From positions 96,001-160,000 of the IMG/VR virus record IMGVR_UViG_3300021962_000025: DNA of 64,000 bases; one strand, 5' to 3'. The notes beneath the pieces were generated by a model. The model made no database searches and was not told where the DNA came from. It saw nothing but the letters and a program-made list of their open reading frames with translations. Of the stretch, positions 1-9,683 are shown piece after piece. This stretch comes from a virus. The translations under genes and the position numbers were made by a program. Within the stretch, counting starts at the first letter, position 1. The number at the start of each line of letters is the position of its first letter.

Positions 1-2
1 CA

Positions 3-3000
3 ACCCTTAGTGGTGAGTTAGACAACTACACTTCTGAGGAATATAGAACAAAAATATATCCGTTTAATTCGGATACTTACTTAGGTTACATAGGAAAACC
101 GTCATTCACAAAATCAGAAATAGACGTTAGTAACCTTTTTATTATTGATACAAATCAAGGGTTTATATCATCACCAATTAACGCGAAGTCTTGGGTTAAA
201 AATGAAACAAATATTTTTAACAAAAAAATTGGTATCGAATCAAATAGTGTTAATGTATTAAACAGTCCATATTTCCATAAAACTCTTTTTGAAGAGTTCC
301 ATAATACCAACGCTCAAGCGAAGTATAAAGGGTCCGCATATCTTTTATTAAATTCTTTAGATTTTAAAGATCTTACTGATAAGATAAAGTTTGGTGACAA
401 AGAAATACTAATGTCATCATTGTTTACTGAAGTGGGATCAACTCATTATATACCCTACCATTTAATTTTAAAATGGGGTTCCATTTACCATAGATATAAA
501 ACATTTATAGTTGATGGGGTGGACATCATTGATAATGCAGAAGACAATATAAACATTCAAACCTATTTTGACAACTCATACGGGTATACGGGGTCAACAT
601 ATTCGTTAACAGATAGTGTTGGTTTATACCCATATTACTATTCAATATATCACCAGGTACTTCATGACTATACCTTTTTCGATCCAAATGATCAGACAGG
701 TGTATCCTTTGAAAGTGTAGTTACGGATAAAAGTATGCTGATAGATTCTTTTAGGGTTTTTTCTGATGGGATTGATGGTCTTTATTACCACAACTCATTT
801 GTAGATAATAGTCGTTTTGTTTCTTCTGACTTAAGGTACACAATCTTACCATCTTTTGGTAGTACGGTTGGTAGATTCAATTACTTAGAAGATCAAATCG
901 ATTCCTGTCATTTTAATTTCAGATCTAATTGGACACAGGATGAGTACGAAGAGTTTACTTTAACGGGACAAACTTTACCATCATATAAGGAACACTTTGT
1001 GGAGATGTCCTCGAATAATAAAAAAGTGATTGACCTTATAGGTGTGTTTAGCCCACCAATATTAGATTCTTTTGAGAAGGCATTTTTAAACTTTGCGTCA
1101 GAAAAGATTGACTCTTATGAATCGTACAAACAATATGAAAACACTACACATGATAATTTTCAATCACTGTTAAAAGAAATATGTTCAGTTAAGAAAGAAT
1201 CCTCAGACAACTTAAATAACCTACCCACGGTAATATCTAAAATTAAGGAAAGACAAACACAAAAATTAAAGGACATTACTGCTGAGTTATTATCACAAAA
1301 TAACTTACTTAAGTTAACTATTAGTAATCCAAAAGAATTGGATACCTTCTTTTTAAGTGCGTATGCGGGTGAGATAGAAAGACAGGTAAACTTTGGTTCC
1401 TTTGACGCCACCCAACTGACTACAGGTACGAAATACATTGAATTATATATAGGTGAGGATATAGATGGATACTACTCGGAATTTTTCTCAGTAAGTAATA
1501 TTGAGTTAAGTGATGATAATATCTTCAATTTTAGGTCAATAGTAAAAATCTATGGTGGTTATAGGAAATCGGGAGGTTCTGCAAACAGGGATAGTTTCCA
1601 AAACTATCTATTAAACGAAATTATAGTACCTCACCAAAAAAGACACGGGTATTTCCTACAAAAACTAATACCTAATTTTTCGTCATTAAAGAGAGATAAG
1701 GATGAAAATAATAACCAATCTATCGTTGGTAACTATGGAGACACCCCACTAAAACTACAAACATACAATACGTTTAAATTATTTAACGATTCATGGATTG
1801 CGGGTAACTCAATCGGACAAAAACTATTAATGGAAGAGTTTCTATTTTTAGATAAAGCCAATAAGGATATCGGAGACGACTTCTTCATAGACATTAAAAA
1901 ATTAATTGCCTTAGATGATTATAGGAATCAAGGTTTGGAACTATATGGTGTTATATCAATGATACTAAGTAGATCAAATGTTGATTTAAGGGCACTACCC
2001 GCATATGTTAACTTTTACGGTAATAGTTCTAATAAAACTAAAATAAAACCATCGAGAGATATTGCGAATATAATGTTTGGTAAATACTTAGAGGTTGATT
2101 TAGAGTATGCGACACCCAAGATAATATTACAATATGTTGGTAGAACCTCTAAACACTTAGATCTATCGACCATAAGTAAAGAATATCTTTATTTGAATGA
2201 TGGATTTAATATAGCCGATTCACAAAACAACCCATTACTTATAACTAACCCCAAATTTTTTGAATCAAATAGTTTATCCAAATCAAATAAGGTTGTTGCT
2301 TTTGAGGTTAGTTTCGGAGATCAAAACCAAGGAATATTCAAAGGAGTAAGTTTGGATCAATCACAATTCAGAAATACTTACGAAAGTAATTTGGCTATTG
2401 AACGTTTAGGAAGATCCGAATCGGGTTCAGGTACTGGACAAATCGACATTGGGTTATATGACATTTATGAATCTAGATCGTATTCATGTCAAGTAGAGGC
2501 AATGGGTAATGTTATGATACAACCTACCATGTACTTTCAGTTGAAAAACGTTCCTCTTTTTGAAGGGGCATATTGGATTGTTGAAGTAAGTCATAGGATA
2601 GAGGGTAACACAATTAAAACCACTTTTAAAGGAGTAAGAATACCTAAAGATTCATTACCCGATCCTAAAGAGTCGTTTACAGCATCGTACAGAGTGTTGT
2701 TTGACAAAATACTCAACGCAGCAACGGCTAAAAATTCTACAACTACGGGTGTCACAACAGAAGAAACAATTACAACGAGTAATGGTACTTTCACCACCGA
2801 TAGAAGTGGAACCATTATTCCTGGTGAGGAATTATTAAAAGAATCTGGAATCACAAACCTGTGTATACCATTTAATGGATATGGTGGCGATAAGACAATC
2901 CAAAAGGTAAAATATAAATCTAATACGTGGTATAGATCATTAGTTATCACTATGGACTCGGGATTAAACGACAGTACTGTAATGTTTCTCCCCACAAAAA

Positions 3001-3404
3001 TTAAAAGAAATACGGTCAACCCATCTAAGTTAATGTGGTCTGAAATAAAAAACAGTAATAAATATTTTTATTCGGCTCCATTTGTTGTGTCCGAATTTAA
3101 AGAAACACCCAGCACTCTCGCTGAGATACCTACTGCAGACTATTTAATGTATAACTCAAAAACACATTTCTTTAATCCGTTAAATAGTAAATCTAAAACG
3201 ATTATTGCTGATTCCAAATTAGACATTAATAATCTTCCGGCGGGTCCAGGTGTTAGTAGATATGTTAATGGTCCCATAGATGTGGGGCATAGGGTAATAA
3301 CCAAAGACGGTAAAACACTTTTGGTTGGATTAACACTTTCAAAAAACCTAATGAAAGACTTAGGATTAAATGATGGCGATGTTGTCTATTTTAAAATTGA
3401 ATAA
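3..3404 (+). CDS. Baseplate hub / late-control-D (gpD/VgrG/gp27)-like tail protein, 5'-truncated
   Basis: I translated the same frame upstream of the ATG at 411 and it is open to the window edge (TLSGELDNYTSEEY...), so the true start lies outside the window. The segment SYSCQVEAMGNVMIQPTMYFQLKNVPLFEGAYWIVEVSHRIEGNTIKTTFKGVR resembles the C-terminal fold of gpD/VgrG-type hub proteins. Confidence 0.6.
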   Translation, partial: TLSGELDNYTSEEYRTKIYPFNSDTYLGYIGKPSFTKSEIDVSNLFIIDTNQGFISSPINAKSWVKNETNIFNKKIGIESNSVNVLNSPYFHKTLFEEFHNTNAQAKYKGSAYLLLNSLDFKDLTDKIKFGDKEILMSSLFTEVGSTHYIPYHLILKWGSIYHRYKTFIVDGVDIIDNAEDNINIQTYFDNSYGYTGSTYSLTDSVGLYPYYYSIYHQVLHDYTFFDPNDQTGVSFESVVTDKSMLIDSFRVFSDGIDGLYYHNSFVDNSRFVSSDLRYTILPSFGSTVGRFNYLEDQIDSCHFNFRSNWTQDEYEEFTLTGQTLPSYKEHFVEMSSNNKKVIDLIGVFSPPILDSFEKAFLNFASEKIDSYESYKQYENTTHDNFQSLLKEICSVKKESSDNLNNLPTVISKIKERQTQKLKDITAELLSQNNLLKLTISNPKELDTFFLSAYAGEIERQVNFGSFDATQLTTGTKYIELYIGEDIDGYYSEFFSVSNIELSDDNIFNFRSIVKIYGGYRKSGGSANRDSFQNYLLNEIIVPHQKRHGYFLQKLIPNFSSLKRDKDENNNQSIVGNYGDTPLKLQTYNTFKLFNDSWIAGNSIGQKLLMEEFLFLDKANKDIGDDFFIDIKKLIALDDYRNQGLELYGVISMILSRSNVDLRALPAYVNFYGNSSNKTKIKPSRDIANIMFGKYLEVDLEYATPKIILQYVGRTSKHLDLSTISKEYLYLNDGFNIADSQNNPLLITNPKFFESNSLSKSNKVVAFEVSFGDQNQGIFKGVSLDQSQFRNTYESNLAIERLGRSESGSGTGQIDIGLYDIYESRSYSCQVEAMGNVMIQPTMYFQLKNVPLFEGAYWIVEVSHRIEGNTIKTTFKGVRIPKDSLPDPKESFTASYRVLFDKILNAATAKNSTTTGVTTEETITTSNGTFTTDRSGTIIPGEELLKESGITNLCIPFNGYGGDKTIQKVKYKSNTWYRSLVITMDSGLNDSTVMFLPTKIKRNTVNPSKLMWSEIKNSNKYFYSAPFVVSEFKETPSTLAEIPTADYLMYNSKTHFFNPLNSKSKTIIADSKLDINNLPAGPGVSRYVNGPIDVGHRVITKDGKTLLVGLTLSKNLMKDLGLNDGDVVYFKIE

Positions 3405-3419
3405 TTACGTAAAACGGGA

Positions 3420-3426
3420 TATTTAT
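3420..3426 (+). promoter_or_regulatory. TATTTAT putative late-promoter motif
   Basis: Lies 19 nt upstream of ATG 3446. One of about 15 copies found upstream of gene starts (see findings). Confidence 0.5.
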
Positions 3427-3445
3427 TATAAAATGGAATAATATT

Positions 3446-3649
3446 ATGGCAAATTTAAAAGTAGATTCCGCATTAGAAAACTTCTTAGGTAATAAGTCAG
3501 TACGCAATTTGAACGAAGAGGGTACTGAACAAGAGGTTTGTGATATGAACACTGGTGAGTGCTACGTGATTCGTAGTAAAGACGGACTAGTGGAAAGAAT
3601 TAATAAAAAATACATTACCGAAGACGGTAGACAACTATTAAGTGATTAA
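3446..3649 (+). CDS. Small conserved-looking hypothetical phage protein (67 aa)
   Basis: ATG with an AT-rich leader and upstream TATTTAT motif; contains CDMNTGEC. Confidence 0.7.
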   Translation: MANLKVDSALENFLGNKSVRNLNEEGTEQEVCDMNTGECYVIRSKDGLVERINKKYITEDGRQLLSD

Positions 3650-3652
3650 GAG

Positions 3653-4345
3653 ATGAAATTAGAGGATAAATTACACGAAGAGTTAATGCGTTATCGTAGT
3701 ATCAATAACTACGGTAAGAAAATGATCATGGAACAGGAAGAACCTGTTGATCCTACTTCATTACCTGGAGGTGCCGAAGAACCTGTTGATGATATCCCTG
3801 CGGGAGATGCTCCTGTTGATGATATCCCCGCGGGAGACGCACCTGTTGGAGACGCACCTGTTGGGGATGCACCTGTTGGGGATGCACCTGTTGGTGATGC
3901 TCCTGAGTCGGGAGGAGACACGGAGGAAATTGATATAACGGATCTCGTTAACATGACCCAAAATATTAAAAATCAGTTAGACGACAAGCAAAGTGAAAGT
4001 GATGCCGTAATGGGTAAAATGGGTGACCTATTCTCTAAGTTGGATGATTTAGAATCTAAGTTATCCCAAATGGATAATGTCATTGCCAAGATTGACAATT
4101 TAGAATCAAAGGTTGAGACCATGAAGGCACCAACCCCACAAGAAAAATTGGAGATGAGATCATTGGATTCCTATCCATTTAACCAAAAACCATCCGAATT
4201 CTTCTCTCAAAAACAACTTGACATGAAGGCAAGCGGTAAGAACGAATACATCATCACCAAACAAGACATTGACGATTATAACGATAAAGAGGTAAGAGAT
4301 TCCTTCAACATAGACCCCAACGCTGAAAATGAAGTTGAATGGTAA
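3653..4345 (+). CDS. Acidic coiled-coil protein with pentapeptide repeats (possible head scaffold/internal protein)
   Basis: 230 aa, very Asp/Glu-rich, PVDDI/PAGDA/PVGDA repeats, central heptad region. Confidence 0.7.
   Translation: MKLEDKLHEELMRYRSINNYGKKMIMEQEEPVDPTSLPGGAEEPVDDIPAGDAPVDDIPAGDAPVGDAPVGDAPVGDAPVGDAPESGGDTEEIDITDLVNMTQNIKNQLDDKQSESDAVMGKMGDLFSKLDDLESKLSQMDNVIAKIDNLESKVETMKAPTPQEKLEMRSLDSYPFNQKPSEFFSQKQLDMKASGKNEYIITKQDIDDYNDKEVRDSFNIDPNAENEVEW
3783..3903 (+). repeat. In-frame 15-bp tandem repeat (PVDDI / PAGDA / PVGDA)
   Basis: About 8 units such as cctgttgatgatatc, cctgcgggagatgct, cctgttggagacgca. Confidence 0.85.
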
Positions 4346-4694
4346 TGTTAAATTTTTCTTAGAACTCCAAGCCCAATTAAGAATCCTTCATTGGCAAACA
4401 AAGAGTCATGCTAAGCATATCGCCATTGGTGGTGCGTATGAAGTGTTAGACGGTCTTATAGACTCTTATGTAGAGACCTGTATGGGTCTTCATGGGAGAT
4501 TTATCTTAGACGATGAACACAAGACTCTAACAATCAACAATCTTTCTGACGTGGATTTATTAGGAATGATAAAGACGGTTAGAAAAACACTCCAAGAAAT
4601 GGAGATCAGTCCTACTGATAGTGATTTGTTAAATATCAGAGATGAAATGTTGGCACAAATCAACAAACTCTCTTATTTACTGACACTTAAGTAA
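4329..4694 (+). CDS. DUF5856-like ferritin/Dps-like four-helix-bundle protein
   Basis: QLRILHWQTKSHAKHIAIGGAYE...IDSYVETCMG...NIRDEMLAQINKLSYLLTL matches the pattern of this family, common in T4-like phages. Confidence 0.65.
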   Translation: MKLNGNVKFFLELQAQLRILHWQTKSHAKHIAIGGAYEVLDGLIDSYVETCMGLHGRFILDDEHKTLTINNLSDVDLLGMIKTVRKTLQEMEISPTDSDLLNIRDEMLAQINKLSYLLTLK

Positions 4695-4722
4695 TCAAAA
4701 ACAAAATATTTGGTATAAAATT

Positions 4723-4754
4723 AGTCTGGGGGCCTTGACCTTTAGACTTTTTTT
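4723..4754 (+). terminator. Rho-independent terminator whose loop overlaps the ssb promoter -35
   Basis: agtctggggg-ccttga-cctttagact forms a 10-bp stem with 3 G-U pairs, followed by a T-run. Confidence 0.55.
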
Positions 4755-4763
4755 GTGTACCAT
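4735..4763 (+). promoter_or_regulatory. Sigma70-type promoter TTGACC-N17-TACCAT upstream of ssb
   Basis: Exact 17-nt spacer; 31 nt before ATG 4795. Confidence 0.55.
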
Positions 4764-4794
4764 TTATATACATAACAATTTAAAATAATATAGT

Positions 4795-5646
4795 ATGAAC
4801 AATTCGATTGACGCGATTCTTTCTCAATATCAGAAGAATACGCAACCTGCCGCAAGCGGCAACAAAATGTCGAGTGAAGATCGACTAAAAAAGTACTTCA
4901 CAACTATTTTACCTAAAGGTTCTAACTCTTCACAGAAGAGAATAAGAATTCTACCTACAACAGATGGATCAAGTCCATTTAAAGAAGTCGAGTTTCACGA
5001 AATCCAAGTAAATGGTAAGTGGTTGAAACTTTATGATCCCGCTCAAGACGGTGATAGATCACCCCTGAACGAGGTTAGAAAAAGTTTGGAATCAACAGGT
5101 GTTGAGAGTGATAAAGTACTCGCAAGATCTTACAGATCTAGAAAGTTCTACATTGTTAAAGTCATTGACAGAGACAACGAACAAGATGGACCTAAGTTTT
5201 GGAGATTTAAACACAACTACAAAGGTGACGGACCTTTTGACAAAATTATCCCTATCATCAGAAGTAAAGGTGATATCACGGATATGTTAGAGGGTAGAGA
5301 TTTGATTCTTTCGTTAACTCTTAACAAAGCACCTAACGGTAGAGAGTACACCACCATTAATTCAATTATTCAGGAAGACAAGAGTGGACTACACTCAGAT
5401 CCTGAAATTGCTAATGAGTGGATTAACGATCCCGACACATGGAGAGATGTATACTCAGTTAAACCATTAGAATATTTGGAAATGGTTGCGTTGGGTGAGG
5501 TACCTGTGTGGGATTCCGAATCAAAGAAATATGTGTCTAGTTCAGAATCTGAAAGTGACTACGGACATACATCTACCTTAAGTCCTAAGGTAGAAGTTGA
5601 AGATCCACAAGTTAATGAGGATGTTGATGATGATTTACCATTCTAA
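4795..5646 (+). CDS. ssb: Single-stranded DNA-binding protein (T4 gp32-like) with acidic DDDLPF tail
   Basis: RIRILP, FYIVKVIDR and GRDLIL motifs typical of gp32-like phage SSBs; acidic C-terminus; adjacent to recA. Confidence 0.8.
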   Translation: MNNSIDAILSQYQKNTQPAASGNKMSSEDRLKKYFTTILPKGSNSSQKRIRILPTTDGSSPFKEVEFHEIQVNGKWLKLYDPAQDGDRSPLNEVRKSLESTGVESDKVLARSYRSRKFYIVKVIDRDNEQDGPKFWRFKHNYKGDGPFDKIIPIIRSKGDITDMLEGRDLILSLTLNKAPNGREYTTINSIIQEDKSGLHSDPEIANEWINDPDTWRDVYSVKPLEYLEMVALGEVPVWDSESKKYVSSSESESDYGHTSTLSPKVEVEDPQVNEDVDDDLPF

Positions 5647-5656
5647 ATAGAACTAT

Positions 5657-5737
5657 GGGTCCCCACCTCGAAAAAAATGATGTGTGAACATCTGGTGGAG
5701 CAGAAACCGATTATATCGGCCCTGAGGATGGGGACCC
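5657..5737 (+). ncRNA. Candidate multi-stem structured RNA between ssb and recA
   Basis: Closing stem GGGTCCCCA/TGGGGACCC plus CCTC/GAGG; internal hairpins GATGT-GTGA-ACATC (GNRA loop) and CCGAT-TAT-ATCGG. Confidence 0.45.
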
Positions 5738-5755
5738 TTTTATAAAAATTATCAT

Positions 5756-6757
5756 ATGGCAATTAAAAAGAAAGATTTTAAAAGTATCAAATCAAAGTTC
5801 TCTGTTCAGGCGAAATTTAAGTCTGATAAGTTTTTTGACTTGGGTGATGCTTTCTTAGACGCAACAGGATTACCTGGACCTGCCATGGGACACATTAATA
5901 TGTTCTTAGGTCACTCAGATACGGGTAAAACTACGGCATTGGTAAAGACCGCCGTGGACGCACAAAAGAAAGGTGTTTTACCTGTCTTCATTATTACCGA
6001 ACAAAAATGGGATTTTCCTCACGCAAAGTTGATGGGTCTCGAAGTTGAAGAAGTAGTGGACGAAGAAACGGGTGAAATAGAATATGATGGTTTCTTCCTA
6101 TTCAACAATCAATTTGAGTATATCGAACAAATCACCGATTACATTAATGAATTGTTGGACGCACAGAAAAAGGGCGAAATCGAATATGACATGTTATTCT
6201 TATGGGATTCAGTTGGATCCGTTCCATGTAAAATGACCTTCGATGGTAAAGGTGGTAAACAACACAACGCATCGGTATTGTCAGATAAAATAGGAATGGG
6301 ACTTAACCAAAGAATCTCAGGATCAAGACGAGTAGATTCTCCATACACAAACACTTTAGTTATTGTTAACCAACCATGGGTTGAGTTACCTGATAACCCA
6401 TTTGGTCAACCTAAGATCAAAGCAAAAGGTGGTGAGTCTGTGTGGTTAAACTCAACATTGGTATTCAGATATGGAAATCAGAAAAATGCGGGAACTAACC
6501 CAATCTCAGCCGTTAAAGGTGGGAGAAAAGTAAAGTTCGCAACTAAAAGTAAGATTTCTATCATGAAGAACCACGTAAATGGTCTTGGTTACGAAGATGG
6601 CAGAATCATTGTTACGGCACATGGATTCCTAAAAGGAAAAGATGCGGCCGAGGAGAAAAAATCCTTAGAACAATACAAGAGTGAGTACTCAGAATATTGG
6701 AAAAATCAACTTGGTGAAGGGGGAGACTTTGTCATCAGAGAAGAGGATGGGGATTAG
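5756..6757 (+). CDS. recA: RecA/UvsX-like recombinase
   Basis: Walker A GHSDTGKT, Walker B LFLWDSVG, plus IVNQ and KNHVNG segments of the RecA fold. Confidence 0.9.
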   Translation: MAIKKKDFKSIKSKFSVQAKFKSDKFFDLGDAFLDATGLPGPAMGHINMFLGHSDTGKTTALVKTAVDAQKKGVLPVFIITEQKWDFPHAKLMGLEVEEVVDEETGEIEYDGFFLFNNQFEYIEQITDYINELLDAQKKGEIEYDMLFLWDSVGSVPCKMTFDGKGGKQHNASVLSDKIGMGLNQRISGSRRVDSPYTNTLVIVNQPWVELPDNPFGQPKIKAKGGESVWLNSTLVFRYGNQKNAGTNPISAVKGGRKVKFATKSKISIMKNHVNGLGYEDGRIIVTAHGFLKGKDAAEEKKSLEQYKSEYSEYWKNQLGEGGDFVIREEDGD

Positions 6758-6789
6758 AAATTTTTTGTTGAACCTATAAAAGGTTTTAA

Positions 6790-7809
6790 ATGTCAGTTTT
6801 ATTAGTAGACGGAGATAACTTACTTACTATCGGTTTTTTTGGAGTAAAAAATTACTTCTATAAAGGAGATCATATTGGTGGTATTTATCACTTCCTCAAC
6901 ACATTAAGAAAATCCTTTGAAAACTACAGACTTGATAAGATTGTGGTTTTTTGGGACGGGGAAGACGGTGCGGCTACTCGTAAAAGAATGTACCATCGTT
7001 ATAAAGAAAATAGGAGAGAAAGGGTACGTACCGATAACGAAAAGGAATCTTACACAAGACAAAGACGTAGAATCCAACAATACTTAGAAGAACTCTATGT
7101 TCGACAAGGTGAATTTGAATTCTGTGAAACAGATGACTGTATTGCGTTTTATACACAAAATACAGATGAGAATTGTATTGTGTATTCTTCTGACGGAGAC
7201 CTTACTCAGTTAGTGTCGACTAACGTAAGGGTATATAACCCCTCTCACAGACACCTTTACGAACAAAATGACATCATACCTTATGATAAAGAAGAGATCC
7301 ACATACAGAACGTTAAAATCGTTAAAATGATATGTGGGGATCGGTCCGATAACATCGCGGGAATAAAGAACATGGGAATCAAAAAATTTATATCCATGTT
7401 CCCCGAAGTAAAGGAACGACCAATCACCATGAATGAGGTGATTGAGAAAACCAACAAAATGTTCGAGGAGGATAAACATAATTCTACGGTTAAGAACCTG
7501 TTAACAGGTGTCACCAAATACGGGGTCTACGGAGAAGAATTTTTTACTCTTAATGAAAGTATCGTCAGTTTAGATCACCCATTTCTAACAGACGAGGCAA
7601 GAGAGACAATTGTTGAACTTATTAAGGAGAATTTAGACCCTGAAGGACGTTCATATAAAAATACCATGAAGATGATGATGGAAGATGGAATCTTTACGGT
7701 TCTACCTAAATCAGATGACGCGTGGATAAATTTCCTAAACCCTTTCCTTCGTTTAACGCGTAAGGAGAAAAATAAAAAAATAATAAAATTTAAAAACGAT
7801 GAGTACTAA
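6790..7809 (+). CDS. 5'-3' exonuclease / flap endonuclease (PolA N-terminal / T4 RNase H-like)
   Basis: LLVDGDN, VFWDG, YKENR, ETDDCI, SSDGDLTQL and GDRSDNIAGIKNMG (H3TH) motifs. Confidence 0.9.
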   Translation: MSVLLVDGDNLLTIGFFGVKNYFYKGDHIGGIYHFLNTLRKSFENYRLDKIVVFWDGEDGAATRKRMYHRYKENRRERVRTDNEKESYTRQRRRIQQYLEELYVRQGEFEFCETDDCIAFYTQNTDENCIVYSSDGDLTQLVSTNVRVYNPSHRHLYEQNDIIPYDKEEIHIQNVKIVKMICGDRSDNIAGIKNMGIKKFISMFPEVKERPITMNEVIEKTNKMFEEDKHNSTVKNLLTGVTKYGVYGEEFFTLNESIVSLDHPFLTDEARETIVELIKENLDPEGRSYKNTMKMMMEDGIFTVLPKSDDAWINFLNPFLRLTRKEKNKKIIKFKNDEY

Positions 7810-8242
7810 CGAAACAACTAAATGTGAATTTCTATTAACCCTTAGTGGTAATATTATTTGTCAAAGATTCTTCAATGTTAGAAATTTTAACAACGAGTCG
7901 CGAAGATCTATGGACATTTACTATAATGTGAAAAATATTTGTGAAGAAATTACCGCAGATTTGAAAGAAAAAACTTTGGAATATCTACACGATAATCAAA
8001 ATTATTTTCCACTTTTCGACCCTTCGACCGATGAAGGACCGGACACTGAAGAGTACTTTTTACTAGAGATTAAGCAGGAAAACGATGTATTTATTTCAAG
8101 AGTATTCCCCGCACATATCTTCCATCCTAAGGTTAGATATGCGGTGGACATTCGACCAAAGTTGAGAAGAATCCTAGGTGGACTTAGTGAGACACTGTCT
8201 TCGACCAACTTAGAAAAAAAATACCTCAATTACGAACTATAA
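7799..8242 (+). CDS. Hypothetical protein (147 aa)
   Basis: Overlaps the upstream stop in operon fashion; no recognisable motif. Confidence 0.7.
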   Translation: MSTNETTKCEFLLTLSGNIICQRFFNVRNFNNESRRSMDIYYNVKNICEEITADLKEKTLEYLHDNQNYFPLFDPSTDEGPDTEEYFLLEIKQENDVFISRVFPAHIFHPKVRYAVDIRPKLRRILGGLSETLSSTNLEKKYLNYEL

Positions 8243-8271
8243 AAAAAAGATGAAAAAGTAAATTTTGAACA

Positions 8272-9663
8272 ATGACAGAAAATAATTTTAACAAATTAGG
8301 GAATCAATTCCAACAAGTATTAATTAAATCAATAATAGAAGATCCAAAGTACGGAGAGCAGATAATTGAGGTTTTAGAAAGTAAATATTTTGATAATAAC
8401 TCCTTTAGATATATTGTACAAAACATAAAAGAATTAACGGACACGTATCGTAAAATTCCTAATTATGTTACATTAAAACAAAAGATATCTGAGGATACCG
8501 CATCAAACCCAATTGCAGGACGATTACACACGGATACTCTCCAAGAGATTGAAAATTTGGAGGAAACTATTATGGGTCCAACATACGTGAAGGACACATC
8601 ACTAAATTTCTGTAAACAACAAAATCTATTAAAAACCCTAAAGAAGGTTAATGGTATTGCGGAGAATGGGGAGTTCCAAAACTATGAGAAAATCCAAGAG
8701 ATGATCGTTGAGGCACTACAAGTTGGTACTACTGATGATGATATCGTTGATATTTTAGAAGACCTTGAGTCTGCTTTAGAGAAGGATACCAGAACACCAA
8801 TACCGACAGGGGTTGCAGGATTAGATAATCTTTTAAAAGGTGGTTTAGGTCATGGTGAGTTAGGTATGGTTATTGCCCCCACGGGGGTTGGTAAGTCTAC
8901 AATTCTTACCAAGTTTGCCAATACCGCGGCGAATACAGGATTTAAGGTGGTACATATCTTTTTCGAGGATAGAGAATCTGAAATTAGAAAAAAACACTAC
9001 ACGATATGGTCTGGAAAACCAAGTGATTGGCAAACCGAATCACAAGAGAATAAGGACTTCGTAATCCAAAAAGTTAAAGAGACAACCAACCACCCAAACT
9101 TCGGTGCGTTGAAACTCATCAAAATGGAAAGTGACAGAACCAGTGTTGGTGAAATCAGACGTAAACTAAGAAAATTAGAGTCCCAAGGGTTTAAACCTGA
9201 TCTTTTAGTCATAGATTATATAGATTGTGTTTCATCTGATAAGGGTGTTTTCGGTGAGGAGTGGAAAGGTGAAGGTTCAGTAATTAGGGCGGTTGAGTCA
9301 ATGTGTGCTGAACTTAATATGGCAATATGGACCGCCGCTCAAGGTAATAGAGGGTCGATTTCTGCGGATATTGTAAATGTGGATGATATGGGAGGGTCTA
9401 TTAAAAAGGCTCAATCAGCCCACGTGATTATTTCAATTGCTAAGAGTTTAGAACAAAAAGAAAATAAGACCGCCAACGTTACATTAGTAAAATCAAGGAT
9501 TGGTAGGGACGGTGTTAACTTCGTTAACTGTAAGTTCGATAATGAATACTTAGATATCGACGTAAGTGAACAGGAGACATTATTAGGACATCAAATGCGT
9601 AAGAGTGAAGATGGACTTAAAAGAGCTCAGGAACTTTACAAGAAGACACACGGAATTCAATAA
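8272..9663 (+). CDS. dnaB: Replicative DnaB-like helicase (T4 gp41-like)
   Basis: IPTGVAGLDNLLKGGL, Walker A APTGVGKS, Walker B LLVIDYID, WTAAQGNR, LVKSRIG. Confidence 0.92.
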   Translation: MTENNFNKLGNQFQQVLIKSIIEDPKYGEQIIEVLESKYFDNNSFRYIVQNIKELTDTYRKIPNYVTLKQKISEDTASNPIAGRLHTDTLQEIENLEETIMGPTYVKDTSLNFCKQQNLLKTLKKVNGIAENGEFQNYEKIQEMIVEALQVGTTDDDIVDILEDLESALEKDTRTPIPTGVAGLDNLLKGGLGHGELGMVIAPTGVGKSTILTKFANTAANTGFKVVHIFFEDRESEIRKKHYTIWSGKPSDWQTESQENKDFVIQKVKETTNHPNFGALKLIKMESDRTSVGEIRRKLRKLESQGFKPDLLVIDYIDCVSSDKGVFGEEWKGEGSVIRAVESMCAELNMAIWTAAQGNRGSISADIVNVDDMGGSIKKAQSAHVIISIAKSLEQKENKTANVTLVKSRIGRDGVNFVNCKFDNEYLDIDVSEQETLLGHQMRKSEDGLKRAQELYKKTHGIQ

Positions 9664-9683
9664 GAATAATAAAATTTTAGAAA

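Noticed and set aside
5657-5737. Hammerhead ribozyme or tRNA interpretation of the ssb-recA structure (CTGAGGA and GAAA words; GGGTCCC/GGGACCC acceptor-like stem)
   Set aside because: There is no stem I or NUH site in the required geometry and the core words are sequestered in the CCTC/GAGG stem. There is no T-psi-C arm, anticodon arm or CCA.
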